Shown in pieces: positions 1-10,114 of a stretch of 64,000 bases of DNA (its first letter is position 1; each line of letters opens with the position of its first letter). The stretch spans positions 64,001-128,000 of the forward strand of contig CBDCXV010000009.1 in NCBI GenBank assembly GCA_965223905.1, written 5' to 3'. A program made the position numbers and the translations under genes. This DNA comes from Candidatus Latescibacterota bacterium. GTDB taxonomy: Bacteria; Latescibacterota; UBA2968; UBA8231. The notes under the pieces were generated by a model, which saw nothing but the letters and a program-made list of their open reading frames with translations, was not told the origin of the DNA and did no database searches.

Positions 1-907
1 GCAGCCCGAGGTGGAGGAACTTGTTGACGACGTTGGCCAGGTCGTAGACCGGGCCGTCGACGTTGTAGACGTGCAGGTCGGAGGAGATCGAGGTCGGCTG
101 CACCCCCTGCTCGAGGGCGGTCTCGACCACCCCCCAGGAGAAGGAGCCGGCCCCGTGGCCGACGTCGAAGACCACCCCGCGGTCGAGCGCCTCGCGGACG
201 GAGGCGCGGATCTTGCCGCCCTCGAGGATGCCGCAGGCCATGCCGTGGAAGCAGTGGGTTAGGATGTCCCCCTTCCCCATCACCGCGAGGATGTCGTCGA
301 GGGAGTCGCACCAGGCGTCCTGCGGGTGCACCATGATCGGCAGGCCGGCGGCGGCGGCGGCCTCGCGGGCCCGCTGCAGCGGCGTCATGCCGGAGCGCTC
401 GCTGACGATGGTGTGTTTGGTCAGCCGCACCTTGACCCCGAGGATGACGTCGCGGTGGCGCTCGATCATGGCGCAGGTCTTGGCGACGTCGGCGTACTCG
501 GGGATCTCGAACTCGCCGATCTCCTGGGTCAGCATTCCCTGGGTGGAGACGTTGATCTGCGCCATGATGCGGGTGTCGCTGACGTCGATGACGAACTTGC
601 GGAAACCGGGGAAGGTGTCGGCCCCGGCGGAGCCGGCGTCGACGACGGTGGTGGCTCCGCGCGCCAGGCAGGTCGAGTCGGGCTCGATACCGTAGTGGCT
701 GACCCCGTGGAAGACGTGGACGTGCAGGTCGATCAGGCCCGGGGTCAGGATCAGGCCGCCGGCGTCGACGACCTCGCGCGCCTCCCCCGCCGGCAGGTCG
801 TCCGCCACCTCGACCACCCGGCCGCCGGCGAAGGCGACGTCCTTGCGGCCGTGGATTCCCTCGGCGGGATCGACGAGGGTCCCTCCTTTTATCAGCAGGT
901 CGTTCAT
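1..907 (-). CDS. Amidohydrolase/deacetylase-family metallohydrolase (dihydroorotase-like); 3' end runs off the window
   Basis: Manual translation from ATG at 907: MNDLLIKGGTLVDP...PGLIDLHVHVFHG (HxH metal motif)...TTVVDAGSAG...SISSDLH. Absent from the ORF track because it is open at the window edge. Confidence 0.85.
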   Translation of the reverse strand, partial: MNDLLIKGGTLVDPAEGIHGRKDVAFAGGRVVEVADDLPAGEAREVVDAGGLILTPGLIDLHVHVFHGVSHYGIEPDSTCLARGATTVVDAGSAGADTFPGFRKFVIDVSDTRIMAQINVSTQGMLTQEIGEFEIPEYADVAKTCAMIERHRDVILGVKVRLTKHTIVSERSGMTPLQRAREAAAAAGLPIMVHPQDAWCDSLDDILAVMGKGDILTHCFHGMACGILEGGKIRASVREALDRGVVFDVGHGAGSFSWGVVETALEQGVQPTSISSDLHVYNVDGPVYDLANVVNKFLHLGL

Positions 908-914
908 CTCCGCA

Positions 915-2036
915 TCACCTCGTGGAAAAGCGGTACTCGGTTCGCTGCCTGTAGGTCTCGCCGGGGCGCAGGATGACGCTGGGAAACTGGGGCTTGTTGA
1001 CTGCGTCCGGGAAGTGCTGCGTCTCGAGGCAGAGCCCCTGGAAGCGCTGGTAGGTCACGCCCTCCTTGCCCCTGATCGGTTCCAGGTAGTAGCTGGTGTA
1101 GAGCTGCACCCCCGGCTCGGTCGTGAACAGCTGCATCACCCGCCCGCTGGCCGGGTCGAACGCCTCGGCGGAGAGGGCCGCCTCTTCGCCGCCGCCGTGA
1201 TCGAGGACGTAGTTGTGGTCGTAATGGACCTCGATGCCGGCGATGTCGGCGCCGATCCGCTTCGGACTTGTGAAGTCGAGGGGGGTGCCGGCGACCGGGA
1301 CGATCGCACCCGTCGGAACTCCTTCCCCGCCCCGCTCCGTCGCCATGGCCGCGTGGATCACCAGCTCGTGGCCGAAGATGTCGCCCGCGGCGGCGCCGGA
1401 CAGGTTGAAATAGCTGTGGTTGGTGAGGTTGACGGGGGTCGCCTTGTCCGTCGTCGCCTCGTACTCGATGCGCATGCCGTCCGCCTCGGTGAGAACGTAG
1501 GTCACCGCCATCGACAGGTTTCCCGGGTACCCCTCCTCGCCGTCGGGGCTGAGATAGGTGAAGCGGACCGCCGGGCCGTCGGGGTGGTCGACCGCCTCGC
1601 CGCTCCAGAGCCTCCGGTGCAGGCCGACCTCTCCGCCGTGCAGGTGGTGCTCGCCGAAGTTGCGGGCCAGCTGGTAGGTCGTCCCGTCGAGCACGAACTG
1701 CGCCCCGCTGATGCGGTTGGCCACCCGGCCGGTGGTGCAGCCCATGAAGGGGGGGTTGGCCTCGTACTCGGCGGCGGTGTCGAATCCCAGCAGGACGTCG
1801 GCGAGGGCGCTGTCGCGGTCCCTGACGTGCAGCTCGGTCGCCGTCGCCCCGAGGGCTATGGTCCTGAGGATGCTGCCGTTGCCGTTGGTCAGGGTGAAGC
1901 GGTCGACGGCGCGGCCGTCGCTCATCGTTCCCAAGGTATCCCGTGTAACCGAGCTCACGTCTGAATCTCCCGGGGTGGGGTGCGGAACGCCGGCGCACAG
2001 AACCGCCAGAAGGGCGCCGGCTCTTCTCCAGTGCAT
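915..2036 (-). CDS. galM: Aldose 1-epimerase (galactose mutarotase), possible N-terminal signal peptide
   Basis: Motifs GRVANRI, HHLHGG, DGEEGYPGNL, NLTNHSYFNL, CLETQHFPD. Confidence 0.92.
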   Translation of the reverse strand: MHWRRAGALLAVLCAGVPHPTPGDSDVSSVTRDTLGTMSDGRAVDRFTLTNGNGSILRTIALGATATELHVRDRDSALADVLLGFDTAAEYEANPPFMGCTTGRVANRISGAQFVLDGTTYQLARNFGEHHLHGGEVGLHRRLWSGEAVDHPDGPAVRFTYLSPDGEEGYPGNLSMAVTYVLTEADGMRIEYEATTDKATPVNLTNHSYFNLSGAAAGDIFGHELVIHAAMATERGGEGVPTGAIVPVAGTPLDFTSPKRIGADIAGIEVHYDHNYVLDHGGGEEAALSAEAFDPASGRVMQLFTTEPGVQLYTSYYLEPIRGKEGVTYQRFQGLCLETQHFPDAVNKPQFPSVILRPGETYRQRTEYRFSTR

Positions 2037-2141
2037 GCGATTTCTCCCGTGGGTTGGGGAGGCAACAGGTTATTGCAGCCCGGGCTCGGGCAGTCAGCTG
2101 GAAGTTCAGGATTTCCGGGGTCGCCCGGACGAGCGATCCTG

Positions 2142-3476
2142 TCAGGCCGTTGCCTGAACCTCCGGGTCCTCCGCCTCTCCCCGGTTCACGAAACCGTGGT
2201 TCACAAGCACCGAAGTTACGGCCAGGGGTGATACGCCGAATCGCTCCGCGGCTTCCTCCCTTGCATCCTCCGAGAAGTCCTCCTCCAGGAAACGGACCAG
2301 GCTCTCGACGGGACACAGAAGCTCCGCCGCAAATGCGCGCTGCATTTTCTGCCGGTAAGTATAGGCGCCGGTCGCCGGACGGAGCCGGTCCTCCGTCGGG
2401 ACCAACAGGCTGTCGGCGAGCAGGCGCGCTACCTCGAAGCGCCTTCCGGTTTTCCATTTCGAGCGCAGGACGGCGCGGCTTCCTCGATCTCCCTCATGAA
2501 GCGCGAAGGCCATTTCACCGTTGGCGATGCCATCGGCTAATGCTCTTTCCTCCACGCCGTACAACGCGGCAAGTCGACGGTCCGATACCGGATTGTCTCC
2601 CAGCCCCTCTCTCCGTCGCAAGGTGTTTGCCGCACCGGCACCGATCTCCCAGGGAGCCCTGTCTCGAAAACCGTTCCGTGAATTGGCCAGCGTCTCTGCC
2701 CTGTCACCGGGAGCGATGTCGAAGCCCGAACGTCCTCGTGCTGTCTCCTGAAAAACATGTGCAGTCAGAAACCGGTCGGCGACGACTTCGGTCATAGCTG
2801 CTCTTCCCAGCGTGTCGCCGTCAGCAATGACCTGCTCGACCTGCCCCGGGTCGGCTTCGTCCACGTCAAACCCAAGGCATGCCTCGATTTTTCGGTACAG
2901 GGTGGATTCAGGGTCGTTTCGCTCAGCCGACAATTCTTCCCATGCCGTGCAAAGGTCGTTACTGGGGGCAGACCATTCACCGAGCCGCTCGAGAACGCGT
3001 CCTACCAGGTCATCCACCCCGGCCTCGAACGTATCGACCGGGATCACACTGGTCTGATCGGCGATGTAGCGCAGCGGCTCCGCGCGCGTCTCCTGGGACG
3101 GTCGGGCATCCAACACGACCCGGAAGCCATCGGACTTGATTGTGACATTCGGCCACAGCCATCCTCCACCAATGCCGGCCAGCTCATGGGCTTGCCGCCA
3201 ACCCGTGCTCCTGTCCCGTTGGAAATTTTGATGAGCAGGCTCCCAGCGAAGACGCCACCAGTTCCAGGTCAGCCATTCGGCCAATCGATAGGCAGAGAGA
3301 TTTGCCCCGTTCTGCACCTGCCGTGTTTCGAGATCAACCACCTGGGAAAAGGCAGTCTCACCGATCTCGATGGATATCTCGGCAAGGGTCGCCTCATCTT
3401 CCATCGGATCAGGCATCCCGGTGATGTCGGGTCCTTGTTCACGACACCATTCGGCTGCGATACGGAAGGTCGTCAT
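2142..3476 (-). CDS. ImmA/IrrE (peptidase M78)-like protein lacking the HExxH zinc motif, with an extra N-terminal domain
   Basis: C-terminal RRFEVARLLAD where RFTLAHELGH is expected, then QRAFAAELLCP and AAERFGVS (HTH-like tail). ATG at 3476 overlaps the upstream stop (ATGA). Confidence 0.65.
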   Translation of the reverse strand: MTTFRIAAEWCREQGPDITGMPDPMEDEATLAEISIEIGETAFSQVVDLETRQVQNGANLSAYRLAEWLTWNWWRLRWEPAHQNFQRDRSTGWRQAHELAGIGGGWLWPNVTIKSDGFRVVLDARPSQETRAEPLRYIADQTSVIPVDTFEAGVDDLVGRVLERLGEWSAPSNDLCTAWEELSAERNDPESTLYRKIEACLGFDVDEADPGQVEQVIADGDTLGRAAMTEVVADRFLTAHVFQETARGRSGFDIAPGDRAETLANSRNGFRDRAPWEIGAGAANTLRRREGLGDNPVSDRRLAALYGVEERALADGIANGEMAFALHEGDRGSRAVLRSKWKTGRRFEVARLLADSLLVPTEDRLRPATGAYTYRQKMQRAFAAELLCPVESLVRFLEEDFSEDAREEAAERFGVSPLAVTSVLVNHGFVNRGEAEDPEVQATA

Positions 3477-3910
3477 GTCCGGCGTTCCCATTCATTGCCG
3501 ATAAAATCGGCGAAGCTGTCGCCCCTCTTCATCGGGTATCCGTGATACTGCCCGCGTTCTTTGTTGCTGAGTTGGGCTTCGTAGACAACGCCATCGCCAT
3601 CGACGGCCCGGACGTTTTCCGGCCAGTCCTTCCGTCTTCGCTCACTTACCATGCCTCGCCGGAACCCGGCCTTCAGCAGATCAGTTGCATTCAATCGATC
3701 ACCCGACCCCGGAGCGTCGCAGATCGTTTTGCCTGGAATAGGTTTCGGAGCCTCCTGCAAGCCTGAGGAACCCGGACGAGACTTGTGATAGTGGCTGGGG
3801 CAATAGCTGCAATTTGTTTCCATTCGTTCCAACTCGTCCGGGCTGATCGAACCTGCTGCCGCCAGCACGGCCTTCGGCTTCTGCTTGCTGCGCCTTTGAG
3901 GTCGTTTCAC
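3473..3910 (-). CDS. Small basic hypothetical protein, putative toxin/RNase-like
   Basis: ORF 3473..3961; GTG at 3910 follows an AAGGGA RBS. Motifs SHYHK, WPENVRAV, VYEAQLSN, QYHGYP. Translationally coupled to the downstream gene. Confidence 0.6.
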   Translation of the reverse strand: MKRPQRRSKQKPKAVLAAAGSISPDELERMETNCSYCPSHYHKSRPGSSGLQEAPKPIPGKTICDAPGSGDRLNATDLLKAGFRRGMVSERRRKDWPENVRAVDGDGVVYEAQLSNKERGQYHGYPMKRGDSFADFIGNEWERRT

Positions 3911-4008
3911 CCGCACGTCCCTTCGTTTGGAGTCGGCGGATGTAAATATAGCAACAACCAAGGCCTATTCTGACGGTTTCCCTGCTGATTTTGCTACTTG
4001 GTCTTGCT

Positions 4009-4791
4009 TCAATCCCGCGGCAACGCCCGCAACAATCCCCGCTCGATCAGCCCTCGGAAATGCCTCGTCACACTCGCTGCCAGGGCGCGGTCCCGCACCA
4101 CCAGCCCCATCTCGATGTTCCGGTCCAACGCCGCCTCCGTCAGGTTCGCCGAGGTGATGAACACCGTCTCCTCATCGGCCACCACCGCCTTGGCATGCAG
4201 CACTCCCGCCGGGCCGTCCGGCTGGAGCGACCTGGGATCGTAGAACACCTCCGGACGGCGCTCTCCCGGCCAGTCCTCGGACCAGAACCGGTCGGCGAAC
4301 CGCCGCACCAGATGTTCCTGTTCCGTGCTGTCCCCAACGCCCCGCTGGATGTTGAGCAGCAGCTTCACCTGCAAGGTCTCCACTTCGTCCATCCGCCGCG
4401 CCAGCACCTCGAAGGCCCGCTGGCCGTCGAAGTAGGCGTACGTCGACGCCCACACCGATCTCGCCGCCTGCCCCAGCAGTTCCTCGTACACCCGGCGGGT
4501 GTCCCTGGCGTGCAGCCCTGGCACTTCCGGGCCCGACCAGACGAGGTCGGGCGCAGGCACGCGCGCTACTGCTTCCTCGACCGTTCGGATCCAGGCACCT
4601 GCCGCTTTCCCGTCAATCCCACTCCCGCGCAACTCATCAACCACAGCGATCACGTCCTCCGCTCCCTCGCGCAGATTGAGCACTGAACTGACTGCAGCAG
4701 GTGTGCAGGGAAGCGGCAGCATGCCCGACTCGAGTGCGCTCGCCAGGCCGCGGCGCACGTGGGCCGGTAGCCGAAACAGGGACTCCGTCAC
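4009..4791 (-). CDS. drmC: DISARM phospholipase D-like nuclease DrmC
   Basis: Single HKD motif LHAKAVVAD...TSANLT; LVWSGPE; GTG at 4791 overlaps the drmB stop (GTGA). Confidence 0.88.
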   Translation of the reverse strand: MTESLFRLPAHVRRGLASALESGMLPLPCTPAAVSSVLNLREGAEDVIAVVDELRGSGIDGKAAGAWIRTVEEAVARVPAPDLVWSGPEVPGLHARDTRRVYEELLGQAARSVWASTYAYFDGQRAFEVLARRMDEVETLQVKLLLNIQRGVGDSTEQEHLVRRFADRFWSEDWPGERRPEVFYDPRSLQPDGPAGVLHAKAVVADEETVFITSANLTEAALDRNIEMGLVVRDRALAASVTRHFRGLIERGLLRALPRD

Positions 4792-6578
4792 CCGGGCGGC
4801 TCGAAGAAGGCCGCGCCCGGCACTCCCATGACCGGCACGACGAGGGCGCGGTCCAGGTAGTCGTTCCGCATCTCGCAGGAGGTCTCCGCCACGAGGGCGC
4901 ATCCATGGCAGGCCGCACCGTGAAGCAATCTCCCTTCGATGCTCTCTCCCGGCTGGTGGTGTGCGCAGATCGGGTCGTTCGAGCACAGCTCGCTCATGAG
5001 CAGCGCCTGGAACAGGTGGTCCTCGATGTGCCGGCCCTGCTGGACCAGGCCGCCGAGAGTCCCCTCCGCGTCCGGGCTCGCGGTGTAGAGGAGCAGGCCG
5101 TAGTCCTCGCCCGCACCGCCGACGTAGACCCGTTCGCGGATCGAGCTTGCAGGATATCCGCAGCGCATGGCCAGCGACTGGATCATCAGATGGGAGAGCG
5201 TATGCAAAAGCAGGTACGGACCTCCCGGAAAGGATCTCTCCGACTGCCGCTCCTCCATCCAGCGCCGGTGTCCGCTTTCCAACTGATCCAGCCGTTGCCG
5301 GACCGCATCCCTCGCGAGCCATGACCGCACCGCCTCCGGGCGAAGCTGCAGGAAGATGCCCTCGCCGCGGTTTTCCGTAGCGGGAAACCACTCCGGCTCC
5401 ACGGCCAGCTGGGCGAGCTCCACGTCGGTGTCGTACTCGCCGTTGATGTCCGGCATCACCGCCTCGAACCGGGAGAAAGCGGTCAGCGCCCGCACTTCTC
5501 GCAGGCGGTGCAGCTGGATTACCGCGGCGACCCCGGCGGCGAACTCCGAGGTGCGCCACAGCGGCTCGGGAAGACGCCGGGCGTGAAAGTCGGGATCGAC
5601 CGGCACGTCGTCGCCGTACCCCTCGGGCGCGGCGAGAATTGCCTCAAGCTCCACCTGCTTCACGGGCCGTTCTTCGCTGCTTCCGGTCTTGATCTCCTCG
5701 ATGGCCTGGAGGACTTCCTGGTCGTCGAAAGCTGCCAGGGCCTCGGCGTTCTTCGGCTTCCTCTTCACGAACGCGAGATCGCCGGCCTCCTCGACGATCG
5801 ACAGGTCGTCCCACAGTTCCCGCACTGCCTGCCCGACATCGCTTCCCCGGTCCGGAAGGGAGAGCACGCTGACGACCTGCGGGAAGTAGGCGTTGGACGC
5901 CGTCCGGATCAGCAGCCGGCTCGGCTGACCGCAGGCCTCGTTGGCATTGCGGCCCAGCCAGGGCCTGGCCCCCTGGCAGGTACCGAGGGGATTCATCTCC
6001 AGCTGTGTCGCCTCCGACAAACTCCTCCGCTTCCCGCATCCGCACCGGACGACGAGGTCAGCGAGGTCCCCCCCGGTGCTGCGCTCGTCCAGCCACAACT
6101 GCCTCTTGCAGGCGGCGTTCTCCTCATGCACGAAATACCACCAGTCCAGATCGTCCACATGCCCGTTGGGACATGCCCGGACGAAGCGGGTGGCGACCAC
6201 CTCGCGGCCGTCGAATCTCCTTCTCTGATCCAACCCCTTCCGGTGCACCAGCCGGCGCGATTGCTCGGGCTTGTCGCCGTCTCCCCCTTCCTGCACCACG
6301 AACCACTCGGGAAAGCGCCAGACACCGATTCCGCGGACAGGCTGGCTCGGGTCGGTCGATTCCGGTGGCGGCGCGTACAGCCTCGGCGCAGTCACAGCGG
6401 TCATATTCCGAACTTTCCGCGCCAGTCTCGGCTCCTGGATCTCTTCGAGGTCGCTTGTCTTCGGCCACGTCTCCAGGCCGCCGACAATCGCGGAGTCCTG
6501 GGGCAGGTCGATCAGTGCCCCGGGCCCGTAGCTCGTGATCACCTGGCTGCTGCGAATCTGTCCGTGCGCGCGGTTCAT
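4788..6578 (-). CDS. drmB: DISARM DUF1998 protein DrmB
   Basis: N-terminal IRSSQVITSYGPGAL; LLHTLSHL...SIRERVY; GTLGGLV; C-terminal Cys cluster CSNDPIC...ACHGC...SCE. Confidence 0.92.
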   Translation of the reverse strand: MNRAHGQIRSSQVITSYGPGALIDLPQDSAIVGGLETWPKTSDLEEIQEPRLARKVRNMTAVTAPRLYAPPPESTDPSQPVRGIGVWRFPEWFVVQEGGDGDKPEQSRRLVHRKGLDQRRRFDGREVVATRFVRACPNGHVDDLDWWYFVHEENAACKRQLWLDERSTGGDLADLVVRCGCGKRRSLSEATQLEMNPLGTCQGARPWLGRNANEACGQPSRLLIRTASNAYFPQVVSVLSLPDRGSDVGQAVRELWDDLSIVEEAGDLAFVKRKPKNAEALAAFDDQEVLQAIEEIKTGSSEERPVKQVELEAILAAPEGYGDDVPVDPDFHARRLPEPLWRTSEFAAGVAAVIQLHRLREVRALTAFSRFEAVMPDINGEYDTDVELAQLAVEPEWFPATENRGEGIFLQLRPEAVRSWLARDAVRQRLDQLESGHRRWMEERQSERSFPGGPYLLLHTLSHLMIQSLAMRCGYPASSIRERVYVGGAGEDYGLLLYTASPDAEGTLGGLVQQGRHIEDHLFQALLMSELCSNDPICAHHQPGESIEGRLLHGAACHGCALVAETSCEMRNDYLDRALVVPVMGVPGAAFFEPPG

Positions 6579-9500
6579 CTGTCCGCTTTTCTCCGGAATC
6601 CACCAAGGTCTTCCAGGAACAGGTTCACGTTGGGTTCGACATCCCTCATGGAACGGTTGGCCCGGAACTTTGCGTGATGCTCGGTTTCGAATTCCTTGTC
6701 CAGGATTTCGCGAAGCAGCGGCCGGGGATGCCGGAGCCCCGGGATTTCGTAGCGCTGATACTGGACCTCGACTCCGGCCGACCGGTAGTCGTCGATCACC
6801 TTGGTCCAGGAGTCGAGCAGGTCGACGACGCGGTTCTGCACGCTGCGCAAATACTGCTCGCGCTCTTCCTCGTCGGTGATCGGCTGCTGCCGCACCCGTT
6901 CGAGGAAGGCATCGAGCAGCAAGCGTTCCAACTCCGCGCGCACCTCGCCGATCCGCTTCACCTCCAGTGCCGGGGTCAGCTCTGGCCGCCCGTGTCGAGC
7001 GAGCGTTACCAGGGCCCCGGCGAACCCCCGGTCCAGGGCGCGCGCGGAAAACGGCGTGACGCTGCCGACCTCGACGGAGCGGTAGAAGGTCTCGTGGTAG
7101 TGTCGGAAACGCTCGTAGTGAGAGCGGTCCCGGGGTTTGTGGATGTTGAGCAGACTCACCACCAGGCCCGGCCGTTCGTCGTCGCGACCGATGCGGCTCG
7201 TGGCCTGGATGTACTCGTCGTGGCGCAAGGGCTGCCCCAGCACGACCATCAGGCCGAGCCGTTGAATGTCCAGTCCCACGGAGATCATGTTGGTGGCGAT
7301 TGCGCAGTCGACGCGGTCATTCTCGTGGAAGCCGCATTCCAGCCGGCGGCGGGCCTCGGCCACCTTGTCCGTGGAGACGCGCGACGTCAGCTCCACCACT
7401 TCGGAGAAGGTCCTCCGGTCCCGGAACAGCCCGGTCGTCTCACCGATTCGCTTGCGGATTCCGTAGCCCTTGATGGTGTTCTGGATTTCCTCTTCGAGAA
7501 TGCGCCGGGCGCCGCCCAACTCCTTCAGGCTGTTGAAGTAGCCCAGAACCGTCATGTACGGGTCGGCCGGGTTCTCCTTGTTGGGGCGCCCTCCCGCTTC
7601 CACGTAGGCCTTCTGGGCGGTTCCCATCAGCGCCAGCCAGGCCCTGCGCATGATCACCTTGGGGTTCCGGCCCTGGGCCGCGATCCCAACGTATACCCGG
7701 CCGGGCACATTGGCGGTCGCCGTGCGCGCGAAGAAGGAGTCGCGCCGATCCGGGCCGGGGGCGGGGAAAACCTGTGTCAGCGAGCGGCCGAAGAGCGCCT
7801 GGATCTGGTCCTGTGCCTGCCTGACGGTGGCGGTGGAAGCGACGATCTTGGGCCGGAAGGCATTCCCCCCGGTCCCGCGCACACACAGGGCTTCGATCGC
7901 CGCTTCGTACAGTCCGGCCATCGTTCCCAATGGCCCGGAGATCAGGTGCAGCTCGTCCTGGATCACCAGGTCGGGCGGCAGCAGCGGGGCAGGCAGCCGG
8001 GTTCCCCTTCCCGTGTCGGTGGCGCCGTAGAAGCCGCTCCCGTCATATCGGTCCGCACCCCCAAGAAGTGCGCCGGAGGGTCCCATCCAGGGCAGCGACG
8101 CGAACTTGTCCACCGTGGCGATCAGAAAGGCGGGCAGGCGCCGGTAGATCGGCTCGTCGACGGCCAGGATCGGCAACGCACGGTCCCCGCTGAAGTCGCA
8201 CTCGAAGTTCATGCACACGATCCGCAGCTCGCGCGGCTGGTCATCGTTGGGCAGCAGCGCGAACGAGTCCGGTCCGAACGGATCTCCGCACCAGGGGCAG
8301 CTCTCCAACGGGACCGGCGACGGCTTTCCTCTTGGGTCTGCTTTGTACTGCCTCACCTTGGTGCGCGCGGAGTCCGAGCGGCCGTCCCCTTTTTTTCCGA
8401 GAAGGTTGGGTGTTGCCGCCTTGCCTACCCAGAGCCCGATCTCGAAGGGCCAGTCGCCGTAGCGGCCTCCCGCCTCGGCACGTTCCAGCTCCAGTGCACA
8501 GACCAGACCCGAGGCGCGCGCGAGCTGATCGAGGGTCAGAAGTCGCAGGGTATAGCGCATGATCACGCTCACCCCGGCGGCCGCACATCCCTGCGCATCC
8601 GGATGGCGCAGTCTTCTCAGCACCATGGCAAACGCCGCAAGGCCGAGATAGGCTTCGGTCTTGCCGCCGCCGGTGGGGAAGAACAGCAGGTCCACCGTCT
8701 CGCGATCCTTGTCGGCCGGGTCAATCAGCCCGGGGAGATTCAGCAGGATGAAGGCGAGCTGAAACGCCCGCCAGCCCGGCTCTTCGATGCCCAGACGCTG
8801 GCGCAGCGCCCGCGCCACCGCCCGGTTAGCCACCCGGAATGCATCGAGCGCGTCTTCGTCGGCAACCAACACGGCGATCCCGCGCTCGATCCGGTCAGCC
8901 GCGAGGTCGGCCAACCGCAGCAGCTCCGCTGCTGTCTCACGGCGAGTTCCCTCCAAATCCTCGAGTTCCGCCTGCCTCGCTTCGCCCCAGGTGCGGTACT
9001 GGTCGACGAGCGGCCGTAGAGCGTCCTCGGCTGCCGCCCCGTCGGGCAGCGAGCCCAGGGCCTCCATCGCCAACTCGACCCCCGGCACCTCGGCGGTCTC
9101 CGTCTTTTCCACCTCGGCACGGGGGATCCACGCGGTCCGCAGGAGACGGCACTCGCCGTCGATGATCTCCCAGTCCGCCGATACGCCGTGGCCGGTAGCG
9201 TACGAGGGGGTGTCCGCGTAGTGGAGGTCGGCCACTCGATCATCCCAGCGATCGGCGCGCGTTCCCCGCAAATCCGGCCGCGGCACAAACGGGCGCCTAC
9301 CGCTCACTTTGAGCTCAGGCTGAAAGACATAGGCGCGGTCCGCATCGGTCTCCACAGGGGTCCGGTTGTTGACCAGGAAAACCGAAACCGACCGCGTTCC
9401 CGGAGGGATATGTTTCTCGAGATCCTGCGCAACGACCTTGCGCTCGACGACATGGAGCAGGAGACCGCCGGACTCAGGGACATCGCAGACAACAGGATCG

Positions 9501-9982
9501 TCGGATTCGGTGAGATTCAGGGTGAGCACCTCCAGGCGGGGGGTCCGCTGCCAGACGGACAGGGCCTTGCCGCCGTCATCTTCGACTTCCTCCGGGGCGT
9601 AGTCGCCCCAGGAGACGGCCACTTCCACCGAGTCGGCGTCTTCCGGGACGAGGAAGCTCAAGCCCATGGAGGAAGGGAAGTAACCCTTCCTGGCAGCCTT
9701 CTTTTCCTCGGTCGACTCTTCGGCGAGGCCAGCCGACTCCGGGACTTCCCCGTCCATGTCGTCATCTTCGTCCGCGTCGGCGCTCGTATCAGCTGCCGAG
9801 CCGGACGGGATCAAAAAACCGGCCAGGTACCAGTTCGAGGGACGCCGCCATCCAGGAAGGCGCTCGTCGGCCAGGGCATGGCCGACCCAGGGCCCAACCA
9901 GATCGAGATTCAGGGCCTCAATCAGGCGTTTGCGTACTTCGGCAGAGCTACCGGGTTTGCGGGTCTGGGGTTTGTCGGTCAC
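6575..9982 (-). CDS. drmA: DISARM SF2 helicase DrmA
   Basis: FPTGGGKTEAY, RYTLRLLT, IQDELHL, ASTAT, ATNMISVGLD, QATSRIGR; overlaps the drmB start. Confidence 0.92.
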   Translation of the reverse strand: MTDKPQTRKPGSSAEVRKRLIEALNLDLVGPWVGHALADERLPGWRRPSNWYLAGFLIPSGSAADTSADADEDDDMDGEVPESAGLAEESTEEKKAARKGYFPSSMGLSFLVPEDADSVEVAVSWGDYAPEEVEDDGGKALSVWQRTPRLEVLTLNLTESDDPVVCDVPESGGLLLHVVERKVVAQDLEKHIPPGTRSVSVFLVNNRTPVETDADRAYVFQPELKVSGRRPFVPRPDLRGTRADRWDDRVADLHYADTPSYATGHGVSADWEIIDGECRLLRTAWIPRAEVEKTETAEVPGVELAMEALGSLPDGAAAEDALRPLVDQYRTWGEARQAELEDLEGTRRETAAELLRLADLAADRIERGIAVLVADEDALDAFRVANRAVARALRQRLGIEEPGWRAFQLAFILLNLPGLIDPADKDRETVDLLFFPTGGGKTEAYLGLAAFAMVLRRLRHPDAQGCAAAGVSVIMRYTLRLLTLDQLARASGLVCALELERAEAGGRYGDWPFEIGLWVGKAATPNLLGKKGDGRSDSARTKVRQYKADPRGKPSPVPLESCPWCGDPFGPDSFALLPNDDQPRELRIVCMNFECDFSGDRALPILAVDEPIYRRLPAFLIATVDKFASLPWMGPSGALLGGADRYDGSGFYGATDTGRGTRLPAPLLPPDLVIQDELHLISGPLGTMAGLYEAAIEALCVRGTGGNAFRPKIVASTATVRQAQDQIQALFGRSLTQVFPAPGPDRRDSFFARTATANVPGRVYVGIAAQGRNPKVIMRRAWLALMGTAQKAYVEAGGRPNKENPADPYMTVLGYFNSLKELGGARRILEEEIQNTIKGYGIRKRIGETTGLFRDRRTFSEVVELTSRVSTDKVAEARRRLECGFHENDRVDCAIATNMISVGLDIQRLGLMVVLGQPLRHDEYIQATSRIGRDDERPGLVVSLLNIHKPRDRSHYERFRHYHETFYRSVEVGSVTPFSARALDRGFAGALVTLARHGRPELTPALEVKRIGEVRAELERLLLDAFLERVRQQPITDEEEREQYLRSVQNRVVDLLDSWTKVIDDYRSAGVEVQYQRYEIPGLRHPRPLLREILDKEFETEHHAKFRANRSMRDVEPNVNLFLEDLGGFRRKADR

Positions 9983-9990
9983 GAGGACTT
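9666..9990. repeat. Copy 1 of a ~325 bp direct repeat (drmA 5' end and upstream bases); copy 2 is at 12458..12782
   Basis: Ungapped hand alignment, about 27 mismatches in 325 bp, many at synonymous positions. Confidence 0.95.
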
Positions 9991-10114
9991 CCTGTATCGG
10001 GGTTGGCTTCGATGAGTCGATGGAACCGGACTAGAATTCCAGGTAGGTCGGTTTCACCGCCGTTTCTCCGGTCGCATAGCCTTGCGCCGTCGGCAAATGC
10101 CCCAATGCGAAAGG

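Noticed and set aside
4792-5559. N-terminal 255 aa of the 516-aa ORF 4009..5559
   Set aside because: It overlaps drmB in another frame; the real drmC start is the coupled GTG at 4791
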